From: a virus
Taxonomy: Duplodnaviria; Caudoviricetes
Direction: 5' to 3' (one strand)
DNA: 61,230 bases
IMG/VR virus record: IMGVR_UViG_3300007734_000738
Location: 1 to 61,230 of that record
Below are positions 36,774 to 45,425 of the stretch, one piece after another. Every line of letters starts with the position of its first letter. Position 1 is the stretch's first letter. Both the position numbers and the translations under genes were made by a program. Under the pieces are notes generated by a model. That model was given only the letters and a program-made list of their open reading frames with translations. It had not been told where the DNA came from and did no database searches.

Positions 36774-39131
36774 CTAAAATTTCGTTCCTGGTTTTTCTAA
36801 TATAATTGGCCATCTTGCGGTGATCCCCCATTCAGGATGGAGGATGTACATCCACTGCTGTGGCAATTCGTAATCGAAGTTCTGCTGAAACGCCCATTCG
36901 TCCATTCCCTTCACACTGTTGGCCACCCCAACCCCGTTCGCGATATAACTATGGTCTTCGTCAACCGTGATGTTATACACCGGGGCTGCGTGAGGTTCGA
37001 TCCAGGCGTCAGTCACTTTTGCAAATACACTCCCGCCATGAACGAGCGATTTCCATTCGCCCCCTCGGCCTTTGCCTTTCATCCCCATTTCCATTCGTAC
37101 AGGATCATGAATGCTCGGCTGATATTCCTCAAGAATTTTTGCCAACCGTCGGGCCGTATCTCCTGAAAATATCAAAGAATAGGCGTCCGACATACGTCGT
37201 CTCGTAGGGCTGGCTCCGGCCAAAATGCGGTTCACCGAGCTGAAAAATCCACATCGGAGCGCAAGCACTCTCATCTGTTCGATCAGCGAACGAGAGATTG
37301 ATGTCCTGGACACGATGATCGATCGCTTGGCGTCAATCTCCCTTCCGAATTGTGTCGTATGTCCATCCCCGAGTAACCATCCTATGAGAATCTCTTGCTG
37401 GTATTTGGGGTCGAGGGTCATGAGATCTGGACGCAATCGTTTCTCACGAGCCCCTTTCCCGCATAACGCGACCATTCTGTCACACGCCTCTGAGGAATGT
37501 ACGACAACCGATCGGCTCGTCAGTCGTTTGGTCGAAAGAAAATGTTTTGCTTTTCCGAACGCCTTCACGCACTCTTGTGCGATGAAATTGGCGTGGGCCT
37601 CCTCATTACGATGTAATGAGAAGTTCATATGGTGCAGTTTTCCATTGGCTCCCGAAATACTGCCTTCTGCAAGATACCACCCCATCAACCGACAAAAACC
37701 CATAGAAAAAGCGTGATGCTCCACGATCGTCCGATCGCACGGCACTTCAATATAATCAGACGGGGACAGATCTTCCGCCGCAATCCATCGTGCGACGGGA
37801 GCATGCAGAGCTTGAATATGTTTACCACCGATGCTCACCAGGTGCCCCACACTCGAACCTTTAATTGCCCACACCCGGTGATTCGGCGTCAACCGCAACT
37901 CTGAGGCTTTGCTCCCGCACCGCAAGACCACGAGTTGATCCGCTCCATCCCGTGTCATGACGTCAGTCACCTGGCGCACACGTCCTTGCCGACTCACGAC
38001 GCGATCGTGAATCTCAACAGTCTCGATGGGTTTTGTCGTACCGTCCTCCATCGTCACTGGTGTCCCCGATGGGAAACACCCGTTCACGATAATACCCTTC
38101 GCCATCCACAACTGGTGCCAATGACCCATTTTGAGAAAGGTGAATGGCTGGTCGATCGCCATGGCTCGTTTTCGTTTGCGATGGTCCATGATCATCAGCG
38201 GAGACAACGCGCCGGCGATTCCGCTACCGCCTTTGGCCTGGTCCCCGTGTGTCAAACAGGTGATGGTGTCATACACTTTATAGAGCAGATCCGCGCCGTC
38301 CGCGATGTTGAAGTGCACGTCGCGGTTGCCTGCATAATACTTCGCAAGGAATTGGTACAAAATCCATTCGAAATTTTCATACACCCGGTCTTTCGCCACA
38401 GGTTTTTTGTCCCAACGGCCATGATTCCCTACCACGCAGTTCACGTTGATACGAGGAAAATGTTGAAGCAGCAAATCAATGCCGGCGACCAATTGATCCA
38501 TCAAGGCGAGAATGGACTGCGAGATTGGGCATTCGTTGGTCCGGCGCAGTTCTTCATGGATCAGTCCTGAAAAGTTATCTCCTCCGAAATCGAGTACAAA
38601 ATACTCATACTTCGGGTGGGCCATGTGATGAATCAATAGTTCAACGGTCTTTGCGAAGAGCGTCTGTAACCGAGTGTTGGCGATTTTGCGATTGTACGCG
38701 TTCACGCCGTTGATCTGATTAGCTTTGACGATCTCGTCGTAATGGACATCGCTCACGAATAGGCACGGCACACCAGTCGTTGAACCTTTGGTCCGTTTCG
38801 ACAACCATGTAGGGGGTATCACCGGTTTGTCACAGTCGTGAATTAAATTCTTGATCACATGCAGACTGTCGTCGTGCGCGTCGACTCGTTTCATCGCCGA
38901 TTTGAGGTCTCCCTCAAGCCGCGTAATCTGCCGGCGTAACAGATCGGGATTATGCACATCCTCGATCCCCTTCCCAGGCGTGTACCCTTGACGTTTCGCT
39001 TCGCGAATGCGGGCGTCCATCGTATTGCGTGGGACGTTCGCGGACAAGGCGGCCCCGGTGACGGATCCAATTGAGGCCTGGAGATTCACGGCTTCTTGCA
39101 ATAAGGCCGGTGCCGTCGGTTTGGCCGCCAT
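36774..39131 (-). CDS. Calcineurin-like metallophosphoesterase, intein-containing
   Basis: SDVHYDE, GGDNFSG.IHEEL, VVGNHGR, THGD, GHWH, VNG|SVKG. Confidence 0.85.
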   Translation of the reverse strand: MAAKPTAPALLQEAVNLQASIGSVTGAALSANVPRNTMDARIREAKRQGYTPGKGIEDVHNPDLLRRQITRLEGDLKSAMKRVDAHDDSLHVIKNLIHDCDKPVIPPTWLSKRTKGSTTGVPCLFVSDVHYDEIVKANQINGVNAYNRKIANTRLQTLFAKTVELLIHHMAHPKYEYFVLDFGGDNFSGLIHEELRRTNECPISQSILALMDQLVAGIDLLLQHFPRINVNCVVGNHGRWDKKPVAKDRVYENFEWILYQFLAKYYAGNRDVHFNIADGADLLYKVYDTITCLTHGDQAKGGSGIAGALSPLMIMDHRKRKRAMAIDQPFTFLKMGHWHQLWMAKGIIVNGCFPSGTPVTMEDGTTKPIETVEIHDRVVSRQGRVRQVTDVMTRDGADQLVVLRCGSKASELRLTPNHRVWAIKGSSVGHLVSIGGKHIQALHAPVARWIAAEDLSPSDYIEVPCDRTIVEHHAFSMGFCRLMGWYLAEGSISGANGKLHHMNFSLHRNEEAHANFIAQECVKAFGKAKHFLSTKRLTSRSVVVHSSEACDRMVALCGKGAREKRLRPDLMTLDPKYQQEILIGWLLGDGHTTQFGREIDAKRSIIVSRTSISRSLIEQMRVLALRCGFFSSVNRILAGASPTRRRMSDAYSLIFSGDTARRLAKILEEYQPSIHDPVRMEMGMKGKGRGGEWKSLVHGGSVFAKVTDAWIEPHAAPVYNITVDEDHSYIANGVGVANSVKGMDEWAFQQNFDYELPQQWMYILHPEWGITARWPIILEKPGTKF
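36918..38078 (-). mobile_element. LAGLIDADG intein (387 aa)
   Basis: CFPSGTPV start, LTPNHRV, LMGWYLAEGS and LIGWLLGDGH, end PVYNITVDEDHSYIANGVGVAN, +1 Ser. Confidence 0.92.
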
Positions 39132-40099
39132 CAGCGGGCCTTCTTTCGTGCGAGACGATTCGAGGTGGCACGCGCGAGCATCGTACGTACGCGGCGAGTG
39201 AACCCTACCTCGGTGTCGGCGACCGGTGCCATGTCTGGCTTGCGATAAATCGGCCGATCGTCATTATGTCTATTTGCCAAGTCAAACTGCATCATCGCCA
39301 ACGCGTGAAACACTACGGCTGCGAGATGATGCCCTCCGTCAGCGTCCCAATTTTCACCGGTCCAAAACAATTCAGCATGACGTCGAAGGGCGGCATAACT
39401 GAGCGACCACTTATATCCTTTTTCCCAATTCCTTTCAGCGTACAGTCGCGCGCCGAGGCCATAGAGGAGCGCGACTTCCGCCATCGCTTCGACCGGGATG
39501 AGATCGTACCTCAAGGGCTTTTGTCTCTTTTGCGCTCCGGTGTTCGGATCGACGCAAGTAGTCTGAGGCAGCGCGCAAGGTGCAGGACGATTCGGAGAAC
39601 CAGGTGAGTCCGAAATTACATCTAAAACAGAGGAGGCCTCGAACAGTGCCGACGCAGTGGGAGTGGTCAACATGGAGCGCAACTCGGCCGGGAAGTTTTT
39701 TGCAAATAGCACATCGCCCACTCTGCGAGTGGAGAATAACTCGGTATTCGGCGAGCGTGATCCCGAACCGTCGCTTGAGCGCGTCATTTCTTCTTCGGTC
39801 TTTGCATCCATAGCTTTCTCCTCGTTGTAGTAAGGGGCGTGCATGCAGTATTCTTGCCCGCCAGCACAGCATCCATCGCACCCATGCGTGCGATCCGTCG
39901 TCCGATCGTCCGGGTCAGGATGCCCTATTCCGTGCGGACAGATCCGCTCCATGATGCGACGGTCGGTTCGCCAATGGGTCGGGAACTCTCGCATCGTATG
40001 GTCGGACGGATTGTGGATCGGGCATGGTCCGGCGGTACATTGGCCGCGCTCATGCACGTAAATCTGTTGCCCGGTGCCGGTGTGATAGAGGTCGCTCAT
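39131..40099 (-). CDS. dATP/dGTP diphosphohydrolase (DUF5664-like) in frame with an upstream Cys/His-rich domain; internal start likely at 39811
   Basis: KPLRYDLIP...GARLYAERNWEKG..WS.SYAALRRH...GGHHLAAVVFHAL; N-terminal CPIHNPSDH...ERICPHGIGHPDPD; GAGGAG before ATG 39811. Confidence 0.75.
   Translation of the reverse strand: MSDLYHTGTGQQIYVHERGQCTAGPCPIHNPSDHTMREFPTHWRTDRRIMERICPHGIGHPDPDDRTTDRTHGCDGCCAGGQEYCMHAPYYNEEKAMDAKTEEEMTRSSDGSGSRSPNTELFSTRRVGDVLFAKNFPAELRSMLTTPTASALFEASSVLDVISDSPGSPNRPAPCALPQTTCVDPNTGAQKRQKPLRYDLIPVEAMAEVALLYGLGARLYAERNWEKGYKWSLSYAALRRHAELFWTGENWDADGGHHLAAVVFHALAMMQFDLANRHNDDRPIYRKPDMAPVADTEVGFTRRVRTMLARATSNRLARKKAR
39435..39800 (-). CDS. Endonuclease VII overprinted in the -1 frame of the diphosphohydrolase gene (start mechanism uncertain)
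   Basis: LKRRFGITLAEY..ILHSQSGRCAIC...LHVDHSH..GTVRGLLCFRCNFGL..F......LRAASDYL is a complete EndoVII signature. Confidence 0.85.
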   Translation of the reverse strand, partial: DRRRNDALKRRFGITLAEYRVILHSQSGRCAICKKLPGRVALHVDHSHCVGTVRGLLCFRCNFGLTWFSESSCTLRAASDYLRRSEHRSAKETKALEVRSHPGRSDGGSRAPLWPRRATVR

Positions 40100-40485
40100 A
40101 CGGCCGCCTTCTTTACATGCGCAAGTTCTTCTCGCCCGCAATAGTTGACGAGCAGATGACGCGCCACATAGTCGAGCAAACTACTGCAGTTCTTAATTCG
40201 ATCATCCCCCTGCACCGGTCCGCCGAGTTCGGCCTTGGTCCCGAGCCACATCTCCCCGATCTCCTCCAGTGGCGCCCCGCCTTGTAACAACTTCGACGCA
40301 AGACGGGCGATCTCGTCCATCATCCAGCGTCGTTCGGCCCCGGTCTTCGCCAACGCGATGAAGATTTCCCCCACGCGCGTCTTCTCGGCATCGTAGAAGC
40401 CGACTGTCAGATAGATCTTACAGGCCCCAATCTTGACGCGGTGCGTGACACTCTCGCGGCGATCCGGCAGTGGGGTTTCGCTCAT
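40096..40485 (-). CDS. Stand-alone TSCPD-like domain (class II RNR C-terminal / NrdJb-like)
   Basis: LPDRRESVTH..KIG..KIYLTVGFY...GEIFI...LLQGGAPLEEI...IKNCSSLLDYV. Confidence 0.7.
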   Translation of the reverse strand: MSETPLPDRRESVTHRVKIGACKIYLTVGFYDAEKTRVGEIFIALAKTGAERRWMMDEIARLASKLLQGGAPLEEIGEMWLGTKAELGGPVQGDDRIKNCSSLLDYVARHLLVNYCGREELAHVKKAAV

Positions 40486-40552
40486 CGCACAATCATCCGG
40501 ATGGCGTAGCCCACGAACACCAACGTTGCAACGGTTAAGATGACCTGCTCAC

Positions 40553-40780
40553 TCATGGATTCACCCCCGGATACACGAACGTCGGCATCGCTCCGGGGGT
40601 GATCACCGTCGCGGGCGCATAGGTGGATGGCGCCGGATGCACATAGATCGGCGCCGGCTGTCGTGATGCCACCATCGGGTCAGCCGGCCGTGGCTCCGCA
40701 TGCCCTGTCCCGCACGGCAGGAGTCCGAGCGCCAGTCCGATGAACCATCCGATTAACAAACCCCAATTGTCACGTTGCAT
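40553..40780 (-). CDS. Small membrane or secreted protein
   Basis: Shared leader motif; hydrophobic N-terminus. Confidence 0.55.
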   Translation of the reverse strand: MQRDNWGLLIGWFIGLALGLLPCGTGHAEPRPADPMVASRQPAPIYVHPAPSTYAPATVITPGAMPTFVYPGVNP

Positions 40781-40911
40781 GATCTCGCCCTCCTTAGTTG
40801 ATATGGCCGGTGCCGCAGAGGAGCACGCCGAGTGCGATGCCTGCCAGAAATGCGATGAGTGCGTGCGTCATGTCTCGCCCTCCATCGTGAGGGATGTATG
40901 ATAACAAACCG

Positions 40912-42351
40912 CTATGAAGATGTCAAGCGTCTTCGTAATCCGTCCATCAGACAATCCTGAACGGAACGTTTGCTTTCGTGACTCTCGTAGACGTCTTCGT
41001 CAATCGTCCCTCTAGCCACGATTCGATATTCAAAGACGTTTCGATTATAACCGGACTGGGCTTGGCGAACAGAACCGATTCTTTCGAGCATTTGATCAAA
41101 CTGTTCGCCGTTCCAGTCGCTTGAAAATCGAACCAGAATGTTCCCGCCATGCTGAAGCGATAACCCGTGACCGACACTCGCAGGATGGGCCACAAGCATG
41201 GGTATTTTTCCAACGTTCCATCGTTCAAGAATGCCACGTTCCTGGCTAAAATGGACCGCCTTGGGGAATCGTTTTAGAATTCGCGCGAGATCAGATTTGA
41301 ACGTATAGCCGACCAACAGAGGTGCACCACTTGACTCTTCTTGAATTTCCTGTAGCGCATCAAGTTTTTCCACATGCACGTCTGCCCATTTCCGAATACC
41401 AGGATCGTCAGGTCTACCGAGATACGCCGCCCCTGACGCCATCTGTAATAATTTTTGAGTTTTTGCCCCAGCGCTAAACACTTCAATCGGCGACGCCTGG
41501 ATCTCCGTATATAAATTCTTCTCTAATTCTCGGTATTGACGTCGTGCGTCAGGTGGAAGATCTACGTAGATCGTTCGTGTAATGGGCTTCTTCAGATCAA
41601 ACCAATCTTCCGACTTCAACGCCAAGCAGAGATCCTTCACCTGATTCTCAATGTCCTTCTGTGCGGTGTCGAGCGGTTCGCACCCGTACCCGTCGAGCGA
41701 CGGACGGAACCACCGGTTCTTGAACGCCTCAAAGACGCGGCCCAGTCGTGTGCCGAAATCAAGGTAAAAAATCTGACCCCACAAATCGATCAATCCGTTC
41801 GGCGCCGGGGTGCCGGTGAGTTCCACGAAGCGCTCGATCTTGTGTTCGAACATCGCTTTCAAGAGGGCTTTGGGACGGACGCCTCCTTGGCCCTGCACCC
41901 AACTCGTGCCGGTGTTGTTCGTGCGAATGCTTGCACGCAGGCTTTTGAGTTTCGTGGACTCGTCAATCACGACCATCCTGTAGGGCCAATACTCACCCCA
42001 GGTGTTGATCAACCAAATCAGGTTTTCGAAATTGATGGAGTAGATATCGGCCGGCAGACGCAAGGCCTCACGGCGTTGTGTCTCCGTCCCGACGATCGGG
42101 ACGACCGTCAGATCCGATAGATGCGACCACTCCTTCACTTCCGTCGGCCAGACATCTCTCGCGACTCGCAACGGCGCCACCACGAGCACCGGTTTGTCGA
42201 TGAGTCCGGCGAGCTTCATGCGATCGATCGCGGTGAGGGTGGCAACCGTCTTCCCTAATCCCATCCCGGCCCACAGGGCGCACTTCGGATGTGCGATAAT
42301 ATGATCGATCATGAGATGTTGGTACGGTCGCAAGTTTGATTCGTGCAGCAT
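40912..42351 (-). CDS. SNF2-family helicase
   Basis: GMGLGKT, VIDES, LTGTPAPNGLIDLWGQ, HPASVGHGLSLQHGG, RQAQSG. Confidence 0.92.
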   Translation of the reverse strand: MLHESNLRPYQHLMIDHIIAHPKCALWAGMGLGKTVATLTAIDRMKLAGLIDKPVLVVAPLRVARDVWPTEVKEWSHLSDLTVVPIVGTETQRREALRLPADIYSINFENLIWLINTWGEYWPYRMVVIDESTKLKSLRASIRTNNTGTSWVQGQGGVRPKALLKAMFEHKIERFVELTGTPAPNGLIDLWGQIFYLDFGTRLGRVFEAFKNRWFRPSLDGYGCEPLDTAQKDIENQVKDLCLALKSEDWFDLKKPITRTIYVDLPPDARRQYRELEKNLYTEIQASPIEVFSAGAKTQKLLQMASGAAYLGRPDDPGIRKWADVHVEKLDALQEIQEESSGAPLLVGYTFKSDLARILKRFPKAVHFSQERGILERWNVGKIPMLVAHPASVGHGLSLQHGGNILVRFSSDWNGEQFDQMLERIGSVRQAQSGYNRNVFEYRIVARGTIDEDVYESHESKRSVQDCLMDGLRRRLTSS

Positions 42352-42354
42352 GCG

Positions 42355-43011
42355 CTACCGCATCTTCTTCATGTTGTCAGACTGTTTCGCCTCCGGTTCG
42401 ATATCCTCGTAGAGCACCGGGATCTTCTCCTGAAATTCCTTCAACAAGGGGATCGTCACCTCACGCATCTGAGGATGGGCTTCCCGCGTCGTCCGCATGA
42501 GAAAGAAATGCCGCCAGTTCCGCAAATTGTAGGTGGTCACCAAGCGTGACGCGAGCGCATTCGGAAACACCGAACGCGCAATCTGCGGGGTGCATCCTCG
42601 CGCGATCATGCCTCGGTATCCGATCTCGGCTTCTTCAATCCCGATTCGCCATGGCTGGATTTGATCACTCGTCAATCCCGCGGGAAGAATGAACGAGGGC
42701 GGCATCTTTTTCTCATAGTTCACGAACCGCGTCGATTCTTGGGTATACGCCCCGATTCGGTGGCGCACCCATTCATGGGTGATACCCCGATCCACGACGG
42801 CATCGACCGTCACGCTCGCGTGTTCGGTGATCGACCAGTCACCGTGCCCGAGGACGACGGCCCGGAGAAACTTCTCCCAACTGTCCCCCGTCTGGGCGTC
42901 TTCCGATCGATGAGAGATGCGCCCCGCCCATTCAATCTTCTGCAACAAGGCAATGCCAGCGAACACCGAGTTGACGTCGAGCATCTTTGCGTATGGGTTT
43001 ACAAGTAGCAT
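42355..43011 (-). CDS. thyX: FAD-dependent thymidylate synthase
   Basis: HEWVRHRIGAYTQESTRF (RHRx7S), ARSVFPN, NLRNWRHFFLMR, AHPQMR. Confidence 0.92.
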   Translation of the reverse strand: MLLVNPYAKMLDVNSVFAGIALLQKIEWAGRISHRSEDAQTGDSWEKFLRAVVLGHGDWSITEHASVTVDAVVDRGITHEWVRHRIGAYTQESTRFVNYEKKMPPSFILPAGLTSDQIQPWRIGIEEAEIGYRGMIARGCTPQIARSVFPNALASRLVTTYNLRNWRHFFLMRTTREAHPQMREVTIPLLKEFQEKIPVLYEDIEPEAKQSDNMKKMR

Positions 43012-43020
43012 CTCGCCCTC

Positions 43021-43293
43021 CTAGACAACCGTAAAGTGTTCATCGATCAATTCGATCGAATTCAGTACCAACACGGTTTGTTGCATCTCCTGCAACTCCT
43101 GGTGTCGTCTGCGCTGCGCCGGCGAGACTTTCCCGTACCGGGCTTTCAGTTCGACCCAAATCACCCATCCCCTAGGGAGGAGCACGAGACGATCGGGCAT
43201 CCCAATCAGACCTGGCGAGGTGATCTTGATGCACAAACCCCCGAGCGTACGCACGCGTTGCACGAGGTAGCGTTCGATCGCGGACTCTCTCAT
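43021..43293 (-). CDS. VRR-NUC domain nuclease
   Basis: MRESAIERYL..V...GG.C.K..SPG..GMPDRLVLLP.G....VELK. Confidence 0.88.
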   Translation of the reverse strand: MRESAIERYLVQRVRTLGGLCIKITSPGLIGMPDRLVLLPRGWVIWVELKARYGKVSPAQRRRHQELQEMQQTVLVLNSIELIDEHFTVV

Positions 43294-43529
43294 GGTAATC
43301 CCACCATCGGCGCCACAACAGGAATCAACCGTGTGGCGCCCGTCTCTTGATCAAACTGCAGGGTATAGGCCCGCCCCTTCTCAATGCGAGGATGCGGTGT
43401 TTTGAAAGTAAGTTTGAATCCCCCCTTCGTGGTCAACGTGCTGAGTGACCCGGTGAAGTGCCCGACGAACAGTTCCCTCGTGATCATACGTACACTCCTT
43501 GGTTGTTCGATAAACGCATATTGCACCAC
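43290..43529 (-). CDS. Small hypothetical protein
   Basis: Fills the operon; ATGA overlap with VRR-NUC; exact start uncertain. Confidence 0.4.
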   Translation of the reverse strand: MVQYAFIEQPRSVRMITRELFVGHFTGSLSTLTTKGGFKLTFKTPHPRIEKGRAYTLQFDQETGATRLIPVVAPMVGLP

Positions 43530-43585
43530 GACGCCGAATGCCGCGAGTTCCGATCGATGGTCAACTGGATCGAATCAACGATATC

Positions 43586-43966
43586 TCATAGCCCGGCGGC
43601 TTTCAAACAGAATCGTTGCCACCAGTTCTTCGGTACGAGATGTCGAAGCGTACACTCGCTCACCATCATAATGCGTGGAGATATCTGAGACGAATGCAAC
43701 GCAAGTAAATGTTTCGTCTGCGCCTCGTGCGCACGAAGCAATTCAAGCGCCATGATGGCGTACAAATTGCCATCCCCTATGGGAACTTTCTCGTAGCGTT
43801 CGGCGTACCGCACCGACGTCCACACCGCACTCACGATCGGGCTGTGTAGTCGTGCGGCATGCAATCTCCCTTTGGCATCTTCGCCCAGGTCGAACATGTT
43901 GTTGAACGGCGCGGGACTTCGCTCTAAAATGCGTTTCAGTTCACCCTCACTATTCGGCCAACTCAT
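43586..43966 (-). CDS. Hypothetical protein
   Basis: ATG 43966 (MSWPNS) overlaps the PolB stop (ATGA). Confidence 0.55.
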   Translation of the reverse strand: MSWPNSEGELKRILERSPAPFNNMFDLGEDAKGRLHAARLHSPIVSAVWTSVRYAERYEKVPIGDGNLYAIMALELLRAHEAQTKHLLALHSSQISPRIMMVSECTLRHLVPKNWWQRFCLKAAGL

Positions 43967-44767
43967 AGTGTCACCCCCAAATCGTGTAACATTGATTCGG
44001 CCTCCTTGATGTACCATTCACGATTCAGATCGTCTGGAATCAACAACGGAAGCGTCATCAGTGGTTTGGCTCCCTCACTTTTGGGTACCGTATACCCATT
44101 GTTCTTCACGGTGAAGATCTCGGTCGAATCGGTGTAGTACCATCGAATCACTTTGCCGATCGGTTCGTCTCGATAGAGTGCCCCGCCCGTGATGCTGCGA
44201 ATACAGACGAACTCCCGTATGTCCTCGCAACACGCAATCGTGCCGCGGATCGAGGCCCCGAGTGTCAGATAATCGATGACCGCCCGCGAACAGATCGTCG
44301 CCACCGGATTCTTCTGCAAGGGTAACCCCTTCCCATAGACACCCTTCGTTTTCACATCCCCGTTCGTCAAGATTGCCACATAATTATTGACATCACGCGA
44401 GTAGAGTCCCTGGTAGTCCGTGCGTTCGGTCTCGAACCCGGTGGTGGTCTCCCATTCCTTCACCACGGCGAGCGCGTCGTCAACGGAACTCTGGTGGCAG
44501 CGGACGGTCACCCCATCGGTATTGGCCGAGACGACGGTGCAGTCAAGCACCTCCGAGAGCGACTCGATCAGCATGAGGAGTGCGAGTTGTCCCGTGAGGG
44601 TGACTTGCACCATCAACCCCGGCGCGTAGAGGACCGAGAACCGCGACCCGAGTTTACCGAAAGGAACCGTTAATCTGGATCTTACAACCCTCGTTAACCA
44701 CACTGACCCTTATCAGTTCGGACTCCAATTTAGCGAGTGTGCGCTTTAATGAATCGAGATCGGGCAT
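43963..44767 (-). CDS. Family B DNA polymerase, C-terminal half (own RBS and ATG at 44767; needs a +1 shift near 44660)
   Basis: GAGGAGGGAG-TCC-ATG; MPDLDSLKRTLAKLESELIRVSVVNEGCKIQINGSF, then +1 frame GKLGSRFSVLYAP...SANTDG...RDVNNY...KTKG (motifs B and C). Confidence 0.85.
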
Positions 44768-45425
44768 GGACTCCCTCCTCTATGGTTTTGAAATAACCGA
44801 CATAATGTCGTATTCCTCTAATTGTGCAACGAACGATATAACCGCGCCCATCAGCATGCGGGCACACCCCGCGTTGTTTTGTCTTCGCGTTGTTCCAGAC
44901 CACTTGGTCTTTGGGTACCAATAATGAAACGGCATGCTTCCGATTGTGGGCGAATAGCGTGGCAAATTGAGTGCGAGCAGTGATCGCTTCATCTTTCGTC
45001 AGATAACGGCCAAGACGGTACCGAATGCCGAGATAACAGAAACGAGCCTCCCATTGCGCAGTGGCGATTTTCACTACCCCTACATTTCCAGACGTGTTGG
45101 TCTTTAACAATCTGCGGTTTACGCACTGGTCGCTTCTTGTCGCCCACACACAATTGGATTTGCAGTATCCGGCGTTATTGTTTTTTCGTTCAATGGTCCA
45201 GTCAGACCCAGGTCGAATGCCCATATCTTTGGCAAAATGCCGGAAGTGATGCCATACCGGATCCACTTTGATTCCTCGTCCTCCATAATTTTTATAGACA
45301 GGCGTGAGTGGGTTGTAGCACCGAGCCATCATAGACGCCCACACCGAATAGATCGGATGGGCGCGGCATCGATAGCCGTCAACGAGTTGTCTACGCGGGT
45401 GATAGGTGCGATTGTGTTTTCTCAT
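44730..45425 (-). CDS. Free-standing HNH-AP2 homing endonuclease splitting the polymerase gene
   Basis: YSVWASMMARCYNP...YKNYGGRGIKV...TIERKNNNAGYCKSNCVWAT, NTSGNVGV, two AP2-like repeats (LGRY..KDEA; VGYFKTIEEG); AT-richer than its flanks. Confidence 0.88.
   Translation of the reverse strand: MRKHNRTYHPRRQLVDGYRCRAHPIYSVWASMMARCYNPLTPVYKNYGGRGIKVDPVWHHFRHFAKDMGIRPGSDWTIERKNNNAGYCKSNCVWATRSDQCVNRRLLKTNTSGNVGVVKIATAQWEARFCYLGIRYRLGRYLTKDEAITARTQFATLFAHNRKHAVSLLVPKDQVVWNNAKTKQRGVCPHADGRGYIVRCTIRGIRHYVGYFKTIEEGVHARSRFIKAHTR

Noticed and set aside
40912-41570. AT-richer C-terminal half of the SNF2 helicase as a hidden insertion
   Set aside because: Helicase motifs run normally through it and the alternate-frame ORFs show no domain; at most ordinary mosaicism.
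44669-44703. ORF-track start MWLTRVVRSRLTVP for the PolB C-half
   Set aside because: This frame lacks motif B K-x3-NG, which lies in the neighbouring frame from ATG 44767.
44730-45425. Group I intron or intein explanation for the PolB interruption
   Set aside because: The endonuclease ORF overlaps both polymerase halves, leaving no non-coding intron core; there are no intein termini; the C-half has its own RBS and ATG.
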